DNA from: Eubacteriales bacterium
GTDB taxonomy: Bacteria > Bacillota > Clostridia > Oscillospirales > CAG-272
Direction of reading: 5' to 3'
Length of the DNA: 64,000 nucleotides
Assembly: GCA_045580755.1 (NCBI GenBank)
Contig: JAZNOI010000042.1
Span: forward strand, 2,758 to 66,757
Shown here: positions 35,903-45,416 of the stretch, one piece after another
How positions within the stretch are numbered: position 1 is the stretch's first letter
Layout of the letters: every line of letters begins with the position of its first letter
Translations under genes and position numbers: made by a program
The notes under the pieces: generated by a model
Database searches by the model: none
What the model saw: only the letters and a program-made list of their open reading frames with translations
What the model was told of the DNA's origin: nothing

Positions 35903-37081
35903 TTACGCTTCAGGCGTAGTTGTTGTATCTTCGGGTGTAGCCGTCGTGTCCTCGGGTGCAGCCGTTGTATCTTCGGGTGTAGCTGTCGTGTCCTCGGGTG
36001 CAGCCGTCGTGTCTTCGGGTGCAGCCGTTGTATCTTCGGGAACGTCCTCAACGGGAACGTCTGCAAAATCCTTAATGAGCTCGTTTTCTTCCAAGATGTA
36101 GTCTACGATCTTGTTTCTGTAAAGCTCGAACATAATGGATTTCTTTGTTGCGTTCTTTTCGAATTCTTCGAGGGAAGGATAGCCGTTCTCTGTAGCAAGT
36201 TCGAGAGCTCCCTCTTTGTATTCTTCGTCGGAGATCTTAATATTGTGGGTTCTAACGGTACTGTATACGATCATCTCTTCTTTAACGGTGCTTCTTGCAG
36301 ATACAAGGAATCCTGCATAAAGCTCGTCAAGTGTTGTATAACCGATCGCGAGAGCATACTCTTCGAGAGTGTAACCCTGCATTCTCGCCAGATAATCCCA
36401 GTAACTAACCTGCTGATCATAGTATTCCTTAGTTTCGGTTTCGGGATACTTGATGACCTTGCAAGAAGCTACGTAATTTTCCCAAACCATAGATTCAGCC
36501 GCAGACTTTCTGTGGAAATCCAAGAACTCGGAAACCGTTTTATAGTCGGATGCGTTAAGCTCCGAAACCATTTTGTCGGTCAAAGCAGGAATCGTTTCCT
36601 CGGAAACTTTGTTGATCTTTACGGTAAATTCAACGTCCTTACCTGCAACGTCCGCGTTGTCGTAGCTTTCTTCAAACTTAAGCTTAAGAACGACCTCTTC
36701 GCCCTTCTTCTTGCCGATAAGTCCGTCTTCAAAGCCTGCAATGAAGCTACCGGAACCGATCGTGAGATCGTGTCCCTTTGCAGAACCGCCTTCAAACTCT
36801 TCGCCGGCGATCTTGCCTACGTAATCGATGTTGGCTATATCGCCTTTTTTGATCTCTCTGTCAACTTCTTTTGTTTCTTTATGCTTGGAAGCGACCGTTT
36901 CGACCTGCTTGTCTACTTCTTTTTGGATCGCAGCCTCATCCACTTCTACGTTCGGGAATGCTCCCAACTTAACGTATTCTTTCAAATCGTAATCGTAAGG
37001 TGTTTCTTCTTTTGTGCCGCAGCTTCCGAGCACTACCGTGCACATAAGCAAAAGCGCAAGCACTATGCTTAACTTTTTCAT
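35903..37081 (-). CDS. Lipoprotein with trigger-factor-like FKBP-type PPIase domain and a C-terminal PEDTTAA repeat tail
   Basis: Signal plus lipobox LLMCTVVLGSCG. GDIANIDYVGKIAGEEFEGGSAKGHDLTIGSGSFIAGFEDGLIG. Confidence 0.8.
   Translation of the reverse strand: MKKLSIVLALLLMCTVVLGSCGTKEETPYDYDLKEYVKLGAFPNVEVDEAAIQKEVDKQVETVASKHKETKEVDREIKKGDIANIDYVGKIAGEEFEGGSAKGHDLTIGSGSFIAGFEDGLIGKKKGEEVVLKLKFEESYDNADVAGKDVEFTVKINKVSEETIPALTDKMVSELNASDYKTVSEFLDFHRKSAAESMVWENYVASCKVIKYPETETKEYYDQQVSYWDYLARMQGYTLEEYALAIGYTTLDELYAGFLVSARSTVKEEMIVYSTVRTHNIKISDEEYKEGALELATENGYPSLEEFEKNATKKSIMFELYRNKIVDYILEENELIKDFADVPVEDVPEDTTAAPEDTTAAPEDTTATPEDTTAAPEDTTATPEDTTTTPEA
35915..36040. repeat. Six tandem 21-bp units encoding PEDTT(A/T)(A/T)
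   Basis: Read directly. Two unit variants (..GTCCTCGGG and ..ATCTTCGGG) largely alternate, giving a 42-bp higher-order period. Confidence 0.9.
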
Positions 37082-37346
37082 TGTTTACAGCTCCTTTTAA
37101 GCAATAATAATATCCTAAATATAATATCACAATTCCACAAAAAAATAAAGGTTTATGTCAAGATGTTTACAATTCGGAAACATTTTACTTTTCTCATATT
37201 AAATGAAATTGAAAAAATCCGTTTTTTTATTGATTTTTTTAGTATAATATAAAATAAATTATCAAATAAGTGTAGACAAAACGATGAAAAAAATGTTATA
37301 ATACAGTGATTCGAATATTTTTGCTTTGAAAGGAGCATTTTACAAA

Positions 37347-38525
37347 ATGGATTACCAAAATATACTCTCAGAGAAGGTTCAGAAGATCCAGCCTTCCGGT
37401 ATCAGAAAATTCTTTGACATTGCTGCAGAAATGAAAGACGTTGTTTCGCTCACGGTTGGCGAACCCGACTTCGTAACACCCCAGCACATCCGCGACGTCG
37501 CTATCAAGAGTCTCCAGGACGGCGCTACAAAATACACCTCCAACAGCGGTATGACCGAACTGCGTCAGGAGATCGCAAACTACCTTGACAGACGCTTCAA
37601 CACAAAATATGATGCATTGAAAGAAGTTATCGTTACCGTCGGCGGTTCCGAAGCTATCGACAACGCTATCAGAGCTTGCGTAAACCCCGGCGACGAGGTA
37701 ATCATTCCCCTTCCCGCATTCGTATGCTATCCTCCGTTGGTTGAACTTGCAGGCGGTAAACCCGTCATCATCAACACTACCGAAAAAGACAAGTTCAAGC
37801 TCACACCCGAAGCTCTTAAAGCAGCTATTACGCCCAAGACAAAAATGCTCATTCTCCCCTACCCCAACAACCCCACGGGCGCAATTATGACAAAAGAAGA
37901 CCTCGAGCCTATCGCTGATATTTTGAGAGACACGAACATTCTCGTTCTTTCCGATGAGATCTACGGCGAACTCACATACGGCAGAAACCACTGCTCTTTC
38001 GCAAGCCTTCCCGGCATGTGGGAGAGAACGATCATCGCAAGCGGATTCTCCAAGGCTTACGCTATGACAGGTTGGAGAATGGGTTATATTGCAGCTCCCG
38101 CTCCCATCACAACTCAGATCCTCAAGCTCCACCAGTACGCTATCATGTGCGCTCCCACGACCAGCCAGTACGCAGCTATTGAAGCTATCAAGAACGGCGA
38201 CGAAGACGTAAAGATGATGGCTGAAGAATACAACAGACGCCGTGTTGCTATCATCGAAGGTCTCAACAAGATCGGCATCGAATGCTTCGAAGCCGAGGGT
38301 GCATTCTACGTATTCCCCAACATCGGCAAGTTCGGCCTCACGAGTGACGAATTCTGCCAGAGACTGTTGCGCGAAGAAGGCGTTGCGATCGTTCCCGGAA
38401 CTGCATTCGGCGAATGCGGCGAAGGTTTTGCAAGAATTTCTTACGCTTACTCCGTTGAGCACATCAAGAAGGCTCTCGAAAAGATGGAGATCTTCGTTGC
38501 AAAAATCAAAGCTGAAAAAAAATAA
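37347..38525 (+). CDS. Class I/II PLP-dependent aminotransferase (aspartate/aromatic type)
   Basis: PSGIRKFFD, NPTG, and the PLP-lysine context SGFSKAYAMTGWRMGY. Confidence 0.9.
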   Translation: MDYQNILSEKVQKIQPSGIRKFFDIAAEMKDVVSLTVGEPDFVTPQHIRDVAIKSLQDGATKYTSNSGMTELRQEIANYLDRRFNTKYDALKEVIVTVGGSEAIDNAIRACVNPGDEVIIPLPAFVCYPPLVELAGGKPVIINTTEKDKFKLTPEALKAAITPKTKMLILPYPNNPTGAIMTKEDLEPIADILRDTNILVLSDEIYGELTYGRNHCSFASLPGMWERTIIASGFSKAYAMTGWRMGYIAAPAPITTQILKLHQYAIMCAPTTSQYAAIEAIKNGDEDVKMMAEEYNRRRVAIIEGLNKIGIECFEAEGAFYVFPNIGKFGLTSDEFCQRLLREEGVAIVPGTAFGECGEGFARISYAYSVEHIKKALEKMEIFVAKIKAEKK

Positions 38526-38575
38526 TTTTGACATATCTTGCATAAAAATAATTCACAAGAAAGAAGGGCACTCCC

Positions 38576-39259
38576 GTGAAATTAACATATAAAGGAAAAA
38601 CCAAAGACGTATACTCTCTCGAAAATGGCAATGTTCTGCTCAAGTTTAAAGACGACTGCACCGGCAAAGACGGAGTATTTGATCCGGGTGAAAATTCGGT
38701 CGGTCTCACAATAGAAGGAATCGGAAAGGCTAATCTCCAAACATCAGTATACTATTTTGAAATGCTCAAGGCTGCAGGAATCAAAACTCACTACGTTTCC
38801 GCAAACATCGAAGACGCAACTATGGAAGTTCTCCCCGGAAAAGTATTCGGCCACGGACTTGAAGTAATTTGCAGACTCGTTGCTACGGGTAGTTTTATCC
38901 GCAGATACGGCGAATACATTGCAGACGGAACGGTTCTTGAAGGCGGTTACGTTGAGTGCACGTTCAAGAACGACGAAAAGGGCGACCCGCTGGTTACATC
39001 AGAAGGGTTGGCAGCTCTCGGCGTTATGAGCGAAGATCTCTTCAAGAGCATGAAAGAACAGACTCTCAAGATCACTAAGATCGTTGCAGACGACCTCAAG
39101 ACGATCGGACTTGACCTCTGGGACATCAAGTTCGAATTCGGTTACAACAACGGCGAAGTAATCCTCATCGCCGAGATCGCTTCGGGCAATATGCGCGTTT
39201 ACAAAGACGGCAAGATCGTTGACCCCGTAGAACTTACAAAGCTTATCCTCAACAGATAA
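38576..39259 (+). CDS. purC: Phosphoribosylaminoimidazole-succinocarboxamide (SAICAR) synthase
   Basis: 227 aa. N-terminus [15 protein letters not shown]_synt-like throughout. GTG start. No other pur genes nearby. Confidence 0.8.
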   Translation: MKLTYKGKTKDVYSLENGNVLLKFKDDCTGKDGVFDPGENSVGLTIEGIGKANLQTSVYYFEMLKAAGIKTHYVSANIEDATMEVLPGKVFGHGLEVICRLVATGSFIRRYGEYIADGTVLEGGYVECTFKNDEKGDPLVTSEGLAALGVMSEDLFKSMKEQTLKITKIVADDLKTIGLDLWDIKFEFGYNNGEVILIAEIASGNMRVYKDGKIVDPVELTKLILNR

Positions 39260-39267
39260 TTTTTATA

Positions 39268-39295
39268 ATGCTGTGCGCCTTACGCGTACAGCATT
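39268..39295 (+). terminator. Terminator after purC
   Basis: AATGCTGTGCGC..GCGTACAGCATT stem with a T-rich tail. Confidence 0.6.
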
Positions 39296-39351
39296 ATTGC
39301 TGTATTTTTTAGTTTAGTCTTAGTAATGAGAAAGGTTTAAGGTTCACAGAT

Positions 39352-40755
39352 ATGAAAGATATTATGTCAAGATACATAGCACAGCCCGTTATTTTGCCTA
39401 TCGGCAAAAAATCGAAGGTTTCGATCATTCCTCTTAAAGGTCAGCTTTATTTTGAGGACGGCAAGGAATATTCGGTATACGTTGTTCCTATGTGCTACAA
39501 CCGCAAACTCCCCAAAACCGAACCCGACTTTGTTGTAGAAGCAAAAGGCGGAAAGCTTACCATCGAATACGAATTCGAGCACGAGTGCGAATACGAGATC
39601 CGTTTTAAAGATTCTCCCGAGGCAGCTTACAATCACACGTCGGTGTATGCCCTGGAAGAAGATCTGTATCGTCTCCGCCCCTTGAAAGGCGACTTACACA
39701 TACACACTCCCCGTTCCGACAGCGACGACTATTCGGGAGAGATCGTGTCAAACTTCCGTCACGAAGGCTTTGAATTTTTGTTTATCACCGACCACAACCG
39801 TTACTTCCCCTCTGAAGAGGTGCAGGACGAATTCAAGGGCGTAAAGATCGACCTTAATATTATGAACGGCGAAGAAGTCCACACTCCCGGAAGCAACGTA
39901 CACACCGTGCACCTCTGCCGCGGAAAAGGAATCGACGGATATTACTGCCACAACACCGAAGCATACGAAAAAGAGGTCGACGAACTCGAAAAAGAATTCG
40001 TTGATGCAGGGGCAGACTCCCGCAGACTTGCAATGGCAAAATGGGCAACGACCAAGATCCACGAAGACGGCGGCCTTGCAATACTTCCACACCCTTTCTG
40101 GATACAGGCACTCGAAAACACCACTTACAACATCACTCTTCCCCTTCTTGAAAAGTTCTTCAAGAGCGGATGGTTCGACGCATACGAGATAAACGGCGGT
40201 ATGACGGACAACGGAAACGATCTGTCCATCTCATATTTTAACCAGCTGAGAGCAAACGGATTTAAAATGCCGATAATCTCGAGCAGCGATGCCCACAAGA
40301 CGTTCAACGATCCGAAAATACGTTTCGGCAATATTTACACCATCGTATTTGCAAAAGACAACACCAAAGAGAGCATCTTTGAAGCGATCAAAGCCGGTAT
40401 GACCTCCCCCGTTTTGCACACCGTAAAAGACAGCGAATCAAATCACGAGTACAGAGTTCAGGGCGATTTCAGACTTGCTATGTATACGAGATTCCTGATC
40501 GAAAACTACTTCGAGAGAATGAAGACTCTCTGCCGTGCCGAAGGCATAATGATGCGTGAATACACACTCGGCGTTGAAGGCGCAAAAGAGATCCTCGAGA
40601 GCATGTCGGGCAGATCATACAAGCTTTACAGACATTTCTTCGGCGAACACGGAGAGAGCTTCTACGATATAACCGAAGATAAAAAGCGTTACGACAAATA
40701 CACTCAGGTATGGAAAGAATACGGTGTATACACAAAAGGCTCGTCAATAAAATAA
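39352..40755 (+). CDS. PHP-domain (CehA/McbA-like) metallohydrolase
   Basis: GDLHIHTPRSDS and FLFITDHN histidine motifs. 467 aa. Confidence 0.65.
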   Translation: MKDIMSRYIAQPVILPIGKKSKVSIIPLKGQLYFEDGKEYSVYVVPMCYNRKLPKTEPDFVVEAKGGKLTIEYEFEHECEYEIRFKDSPEAAYNHTSVYALEEDLYRLRPLKGDLHIHTPRSDSDDYSGEIVSNFRHEGFEFLFITDHNRYFPSEEVQDEFKGVKIDLNIMNGEEVHTPGSNVHTVHLCRGKGIDGYYCHNTEAYEKEVDELEKEFVDAGADSRRLAMAKWATTKIHEDGGLAILPHPFWIQALENTTYNITLPLLEKFFKSGWFDAYEINGGMTDNGNDLSISYFNQLRANGFKMPIISSSDAHKTFNDPKIRFGNIYTIVFAKDNTKESIFEAIKAGMTSPVLHTVKDSESNHEYRVQGDFRLAMYTRFLIENYFERMKTLCRAEGIMMREYTLGVEGAKEILESMSGRSYKLYRHFFGEHGESFYDITEDKKRYDKYTQVWKEYGVYTKGSSIK

Positions 40756-40770
40756 TTCAATCAACAAAAA

Positions 40771-40795
40771 AAGATATGGCTGAAAACCATATCTT
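40771..40795. terminator. Bidirectional terminator
   Basis: AAGATATGG-CTGAAAA-CCATATCTT flanked by an A-run and a T-run. Confidence 0.7.
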
Positions 40796-40807
40796 TTTTT
40801 ATTGCGA

Positions 40808-41425
40808 TCATCTTATAAAGCTGGTCATTATTCCCGCTTCTTTTTCGGGAAGCCCGTACTTTTCTTTGCCGAGAGCAATGCTCTTCATCAAAAACGCCAT
40901 ATTTCGTCCAAGCGTACGCATCGTCTGCATACCCTCTTCATCCTTTGAAGCATCCCCGGGGGCTCTGCCGTGTACACTGTTCCAATATTGGCTGGACGCT
41001 ATCGGCATACCGCTTATCGTGAAATATTTATTAAGCTCATCAAAGGTTGCCGAACATCCGCCGCGTCTTGCAACGGCGACAGATGCGCCGACCTTCATCG
41101 TCTTATTGAACTTCGTGCTGTAAAACAGTCTATCAAGCAAAGAAACGAGGGTACCGTTTGCAGATGCGTAGTATACCGGACTTCCTACAACAAGTCCGTC
41201 AGAATCTTCAAGCTTCTTTGCGATCTCGTTCACAACGTCGTCTTTTATGCACTTGCCGTTCTCCTTGCAATAAAGACAACCGCGACATCCGGTTATATCC
41301 ATATTCCCGACTTGTATTATTTCAACGTCTATTCCTTCCTGCTCAAGAACGGTTTTTAATTCGTTCAGCGCAAGACTTGTATTTCCGTTTTTCCTGGGAC
41401 TTCCGTTCAACATAAGTACCTTCAT
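40808..41425 (-). CDS. Flavodoxin-like NAD(P)H-dependent FMN reductase / iron-sulfur flavoprotein
   Basis: MKVLMLNGSPRKNGNTS plus a Cys cluster ITGCRGCLYCKENGKC. Confidence 0.8.
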   Translation of the reverse strand: MKVLMLNGSPRKNGNTSLALNELKTVLEQEGIDVEIIQVGNMDITGCRGCLYCKENGKCIKDDVVNEIAKKLEDSDGLVVGSPVYYASANGTLVSLLDRLFYSTKFNKTMKVGASVAVARRGGCSATFDELNKYFTISGMPIASSQYWNSVHGRAPGDASKDEEGMQTMRTLGRNMAFLMKSIALGKEKYGLPEKEAGIMTSFIR

Positions 41426-41475
41426 TAGTTCATTCTCCCTTTTTTATTACCATTTTATTACGCTTGTTGAATATC

Positions 41476-41499
41476 TATGTACCAAATTATGTACCAAAT
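41476..41499. repeat. Perfect tandem duplication of TATGTACCAAAT (2 x 12 bp) upstream of the flavoprotein gene
   Basis: Read directly, 51 bp upstream of the start at 41425. Confidence 0.85.
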
Positions 41500-41542
41500 T
41501 CAGTATAACATATTATTAAAATGTTTTCAAGCAAAAAAACAA

Positions 41543-41563
41543 GGAGCGTGTCATACACGCTCC
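41543..41563. terminator. Terminator after rplA (bidirectional shape)
   Basis: GGAGCGTG-TCATA-CACGCTCC flanked by an A-run and a T-run. Confidence 0.7.
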
Positions 41564-41576
41564 CTAATTTTTTTAA

Positions 41577-42269
41577 TTAGCTGAGTTTTGCATAGTTGAT
41601 CTTGATGCCGGGGCCCATTGTAGATGCGATTACGCAGCTCTTAATGTACTGACCCTTTGCAGCAGCAGGCTTAGCCTTGATAACTGCGCCGATGAGTGCA
41701 TCAAAGTTTTCGGTGAGCTTTTCAGCACCGAAGGAAGCCTTACCGATGGGGCAGTGGATGATGTTCGTCTTATCAAGACGGTATTCGATCTTACCTGCCT
41801 TAGCTTCTTTAACAGCTTTTGCAACGTCGGGAGTAACTGTTCCTGCTTTGGGGTTAGGCATAAGTCCCTTAGGACCGAGAACCTTACCGAGACGACCAAC
41901 CAATCCCATCATATCGGGAGAAGCGATGATAACGTCAAAGTCGAACCAGTTTTCCTTCTGAATCTTTTCTACGTATTCTTCTGCGCCTGCGTAGTCAGCA
42001 CCTGCATCGAGAGCAGCCTGAACCTTGTCGCCCTTTGCGAATACGAGAACCTTTACAGACTTACCTGTACCGTTGGGGAGGACGATAGCGCCTCTGACCT
42101 GCTGGTCAGCGTGACGGGAGTCAACACCGAGACGGATGTGAAGTTCAATTGTTTCATCAAATTTTGCTTTTGCTGTCTGGCAAACGAGTGCAATTGCCTC
42201 GCTTGCATCGTAAAGCTTTGCTTTTTCGAGCAACTTAATGCTGTCGCTGTATTTCTTTCCCATTTTCAT
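41577..42269 (-). CDS. rplA: 50S ribosomal protein L1
   Basis: 230 aa, typical L1 sequence. AAGGAGGG RBS. Confidence 0.95.
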   Translation of the reverse strand: MKMGKKYSDSIKLLEKAKLYDASEAIALVCQTAKAKFDETIELHIRLGVDSRHADQQVRGAIVLPNGTGKSVKVLVFAKGDKVQAALDAGADYAGAEEYVEKIQKENWFDFDVIIASPDMMGLVGRLGKVLGPKGLMPNPKAGTVTPDVAKAVKEAKAGKIEYRLDKTNIIHCPIGKASFGAEKLTENFDALIGAVIKAKPAAAKGQYIKSCVIASTMGPGIKINYAKLS

Positions 42270-42283
42270 TTCAGTTACCCTCC

Positions 42284-42709
42284 TTATTCCTCAACAGTGA
42301 TACCCATACTGCGTGCAGTACCGGCGATCATACTCATAGCTGCTTCAAGAGAAGCTGCATTGAGGTCGGGCATCTTTGTTTCAGCAATCTTCTGAACCTG
42401 CTCTTTTGTGAGCTTTGCAACCTTTGTCTTGTTAGGAGCAGCAGATGCGGTTTCGATTCCGCAAGCCTTCTTTATAAGAACGGGTGCGGGGGGAGTCTTT
42501 GTGATAAATGAGAACGAACGGTCTGCATAAACCGTAATGATTACGGGAATGATGAGACCCATATCATTCTTTGTTCTTTCGTTGAATTCCTTTGTGAAGT
42601 TAGGAATGCTTACGCCATACTGACCCAAAGCCGGACCGATAGGGGGCTGAGGAGTAGCTTTGCCGGCGGGAATCTGAAGTTTGATATAACCCTGAATTTT
42701 CTTTGCCAT
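42284..42709 (-). CDS. rplK: 50S ribosomal protein L11
   Basis: [30 protein letters not shown]. Confidence 0.96.
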   Translation of the reverse strand: MAKKIQGYIKLQIPAGKATPQPPIGPALGQYGVSIPNFTKEFNERTKNDMGLIIPVIITVYADRSFSFITKTPPAPVLIKKACGIETASAAPNKTKVAKLTKEQVQKIAETKMPDLNAASLEAAMSMIAGTARSMGITVEE

Positions 42710-42827
42710 TTCTATACACCTCCGAATGTGGTTCTAAATCGGGAGAATTAAATAATGAAAAAATTTTCTCCCTCCCACGATGCACGCATATCTTATGCGT
42801 GTTAAGCAAAGGATGATTTAACTAAAA

Positions 42828-43370
42828 TTAAATCTCTAAAATTTCTACGCTGTCCGAGTCAAGCTCGACAGGCGTTTCTCTTCCGAAGATCGTCGCCATA
42901 ACTTTGATCTTTTTCTTATCTTCGGAAATCTCTTCAACTCTGCCAATGAATCCGCTGAGCGTTCCGCTCTTGATCTTAACGCTGTCGCCTACGTTATAAT
43001 CAAGTGTAATAGTGCGTGTTTCGATGCCTATACTTGCAACTTCTTCATCAGTGAGCGGTACCGGCTTCGAACCGGGACCTACAAAGCCCGTAACACCGCG
43101 AATGTTTCTTACCACGTGCCAGCTCTCATCAGACATGATCATCTTTATGAGAACGTAACTGGGGAAGATCTTGTTTTCAACTTCCTTGGGATTCTCTTCG
43201 CTTCCTTCCTGTACTGTTTCCACAGGAATTATCGAATCGAATATCAAGTGCTGAAGACCGCGGTTTTCTACGATCTTTTCAAGGTTGGCTTTTACCTTGT
43301 TTTCATAGCCTGAATAGGTGTGTACTACGTACCAACACGCCTGACGGCTGAAATCATTAAGATCGCTCAT
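42828..43370 (-). CDS. nusG: Transcription termination/antitermination factor NusG
   Basis: NGN domain WYVVHTYSGYENKV and KOW motif GDSVKIKSGTLSGFIGRVEEI. Confidence 0.95.
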   Translation of the reverse strand: MSDLNDFSRQACWYVVHTYSGYENKVKANLEKIVENRGLQHLIFDSIIPVETVQEGSEENPKEVENKIFPSYVLIKMIMSDESWHVVRNIRGVTGFVGPGSKPVPLTDEEVASIGIETRTITLDYNVGDSVKIKSGTLSGFIGRVEEISEDKKKIKVMATIFGRETPVELDSDSVEILEI

Positions 43371-43373
43371 ATC

Positions 43374-43658
43374 TTATACCAATCCTGCAACAAAGTCTAA
43401 GAGTGTTTTGAAGGTAATGTCAAGTACGCCTATAAATGCGCTTACCAATACGATCACAACCAAAACCATTCCTGTATACTGGAACGTCATCTTGGGTGAC
43501 AACCATACTATCTTCTTGAGCTCACTCTTGTAATCTTTGAAAAACTTACCGATCTTCTTTCCAAAGCCTACTTTGTCTTTTTTGGGGGCAGCCTTTTTGG
43601 TCTTTTCTTTCTTAGCCGCAGTTGCAACTTCGGCTTCTTTCTTTTCAAGATCTGCCAT
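43374..43658 (-). CDS. secE: Preprotein translocase subunit SecE (Lys-rich N-terminal extension)
   Basis: 94 aa. FFKDYKSELKKIVWLSPK plus a single C-terminal TM segment. Conserved position between rpmG and nusG. Confidence 0.85.
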   Translation of the reverse strand: MADLEKKEAEVATAAKKEKTKKAAPKKDKVGFGKKIGKFFKDYKSELKKIVWLSPKMTFQYTGMVLVVIVLVSAFIGVLDITFKTLLDFVAGLV

Positions 43659-43670
43659 TATGCTACCTCC

Positions 43671-43832
43671 TTATTTTGTTTCTCTATGAAGAGTATGTTT
43701 ACGACAGAAACGGCAGTACTTGTTCATTTCAAGTCTGTCGGGATCATTTTTCTTGTTCTTCATAGTGTCGTAGTTTCTCTGCTTGCATTCGCTGCATGCC
43801 AGTGTAATTCTAACTCTATTTCCCTGAGCCAT
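43671..43832 (-). CDS. rpmG: 50S ribosomal protein L33 (below the ORF-track length cut-off)
   Basis: Hand translation gives [64 protein letters not shown] 7 nt upstream. Two CxxC pairs. Confidence 0.9.
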   Translation of the reverse strand: MAQGNRVRITLACSECKQRNYDTMKNKKNDPDRLEMNKYCRFCRKHTLHRETK

Positions 43833-44060
43833 TCAGAGACACCTCCCGATAACGGAACACGTTCGTATTCCTAAAATTTTATCTCCCTCACACGAAGAAA
43901 TACGCGACAAAAAAAGACCTCTCCGCAGAGGTAGAATCATTATAGCACGTCCCCATATTTTTGTCAACACCTTTTTTCATTTTTTGGCTTACGTATTTAC
44001 ATTTACGATCAAATGGTATATAATATAAAGGATATGAAGTAATATTTTTATAAGCGCGCT

Positions 44061-45416
44061 ATGGAGAACGGTATGCCCGAGAAGAATAAGCTTTACGAAA
44101 CACGAATAGACAGCATAAATAATATGGGTTACGGCGTATGTCGGATAAACGGACTCGTCTGCTTTGTAAAAGGGGGAGTTACGGGTGATATTGCCGAGAT
44201 CAAGGTAATAAAAGTAAACAAAAATTACTGCGTCGGCAGACTCGAAAGGGTCATAACCCCCTCGGAACACAGAACCGAACAGGACTGCCCCGTTTTCAAA
44301 CAGTGCGGCGGCTGCTGCTTCAGACACATATCTTACGACCACGAGCTTTTTCTCAAAAAAAGCTTTGTAGAAGCCGAGTTCAAAAAAGTCGGTGTAAAAA
44401 TCAAAGTAAACGACGTTGTAACCGCCAATCAAACGAAAAGATACCGAAACAAAGCGCAATACCCCGTAAATTTTGAAAACAAAATAGGCTTTTATGCAGA
44501 GCGCACACATACGGTATGTGAAAACCGCGACTGCACTCTTCAGCCCGAAATATTCGCTAAGGTTACAGATATAATAAAATCTTTTCTCGAAAAGCATAAA
44601 CTGAACGGCTACGACGAACAAAGCGGAAAAGGGCTTCTGAGACACATATATCTCCGTCAAGGCAAAGAAACTAAAGAAATCAACGTATGTCTCGTTATAA
44701 ACGGAACAGCCCTTCCCCACTCGGCGGAGCTTATCGAGGAACTTAAACACATTGAAGGCTTAACGGGTATAGTTTTAAACGTAAACACCAAAAACACGAA
44801 CGTAATACTTGGCGAAGAGTATATAACGCTCTACGGTAGAGATTACATAGAGGACGTTCTTTGCGGATTCAGATTCAGGATCTCGCCCGCCTCGTTCTAT
44901 CAGATAAACCACGACTGCGCCGAGCTTTTATACAACAAAGTATTTGAATGCGTTTTAAAAAGCAAGCACGACAGAATTGCCGACCTGTATTGCGGAACGG
45001 GCACTATCGGGCTCACCGTTGCGGGCAGGCTCGACGATTGCAGGCTGACGGGAGTAGAAATAGTCCCCGACGCCATCGAAAACGCCAAGCTCAACGCCGA
45101 AATTAATAACATCAAAAACGCCGATTTTATATGTGCGGACAGCACTGATACGCAAAACGGCATACTGAAAGAAAGCGACGTCGTTATTCTCGACCCGCCG
45201 AGAAAAGGCATAACGAAAGAACTTGCCGTCAAAATTGCGGAAAACCGTGTCGAAAGCGTGGTATACGTTTCATGTTCCCCCGACACGCTTGCAAGAGACG
45301 TAAAAATATTTAATGAACTCGGATACACATGCACAGAGGTAACACCGTTTGATATGTTCCCAAGAACCGGACACGTAGAAAACGTCGTGCACCTAACAAG
45401 AAAGGAACCCAAATGA
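44061..45416 (+). CDS. 23S rRNA (uracil-C5)-methyltransferase, RumA/RlmD type (TRAM plus Fe-S cluster plus SAM MTase)
   Basis: Cys cluster CPVFKQCGGCCFRH, SAM motif DLYCGTGTIGL, catalytic VYVSCSPDT. Confidence 0.88.
   Translation: MENGMPEKNKLYETRIDSINNMGYGVCRINGLVCFVKGGVTGDIAEIKVIKVNKNYCVGRLERVITPSEHRTEQDCPVFKQCGGCCFRHISYDHELFLKKSFVEAEFKKVGVKIKVNDVVTANQTKRYRNKAQYPVNFENKIGFYAERTHTVCENRDCTLQPEIFAKVTDIIKSFLEKHKLNGYDEQSGKGLLRHIYLRQGKETKEINVCLVINGTALPHSAELIEELKHIEGLTGIVLNVNTKNTNVILGEEYITLYGRDYIEDVLCGFRFRISPASFYQINHDCAELLYNKVFECVLKSKHDRIADLYCGTGTIGLTVAGRLDDCRLTGVEIVPDAIENAKLNAEINNIKNADFICADSTDTQNGILKESDVVILDPPRKGITKELAVKIAENRVESVVYVSCSPDTLARDVKIFNELGYTCTEVTPFDMFPRTGHVENVVHLTRKEPK

Noticed and set aside
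35869-36066. 65-aa minus-strand ORF with RLHPKT/RRLHPR repeats.
   Set aside because: It is an alternative frame of the 21-bp tandem repeat. The PEDTTAA frame is contiguous with the real lipoprotein gene.
35876-37072. 398-aa + strand ORF spanning the whole PPIase lipoprotein gene on the opposite strand.
   Set aside because: The product is odd, with low complexity and rich in F/C/R. It has no RBS and no recognisable domain. The minus-strand product has a lipobox signal peptide and a clear FKBP/trigger-factor domain. This is an antisense shadow ORF.
37368-38543. 391-aa minus-strand ORF antisense to the aminotransferase gene.
   Set aside because: The + strand protein carries the PLP-lysine motif SGFSKAYAMTGW and NPTG. 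The antisense product has no motifs. Stop-codon depletion on the antisense frame explains it.
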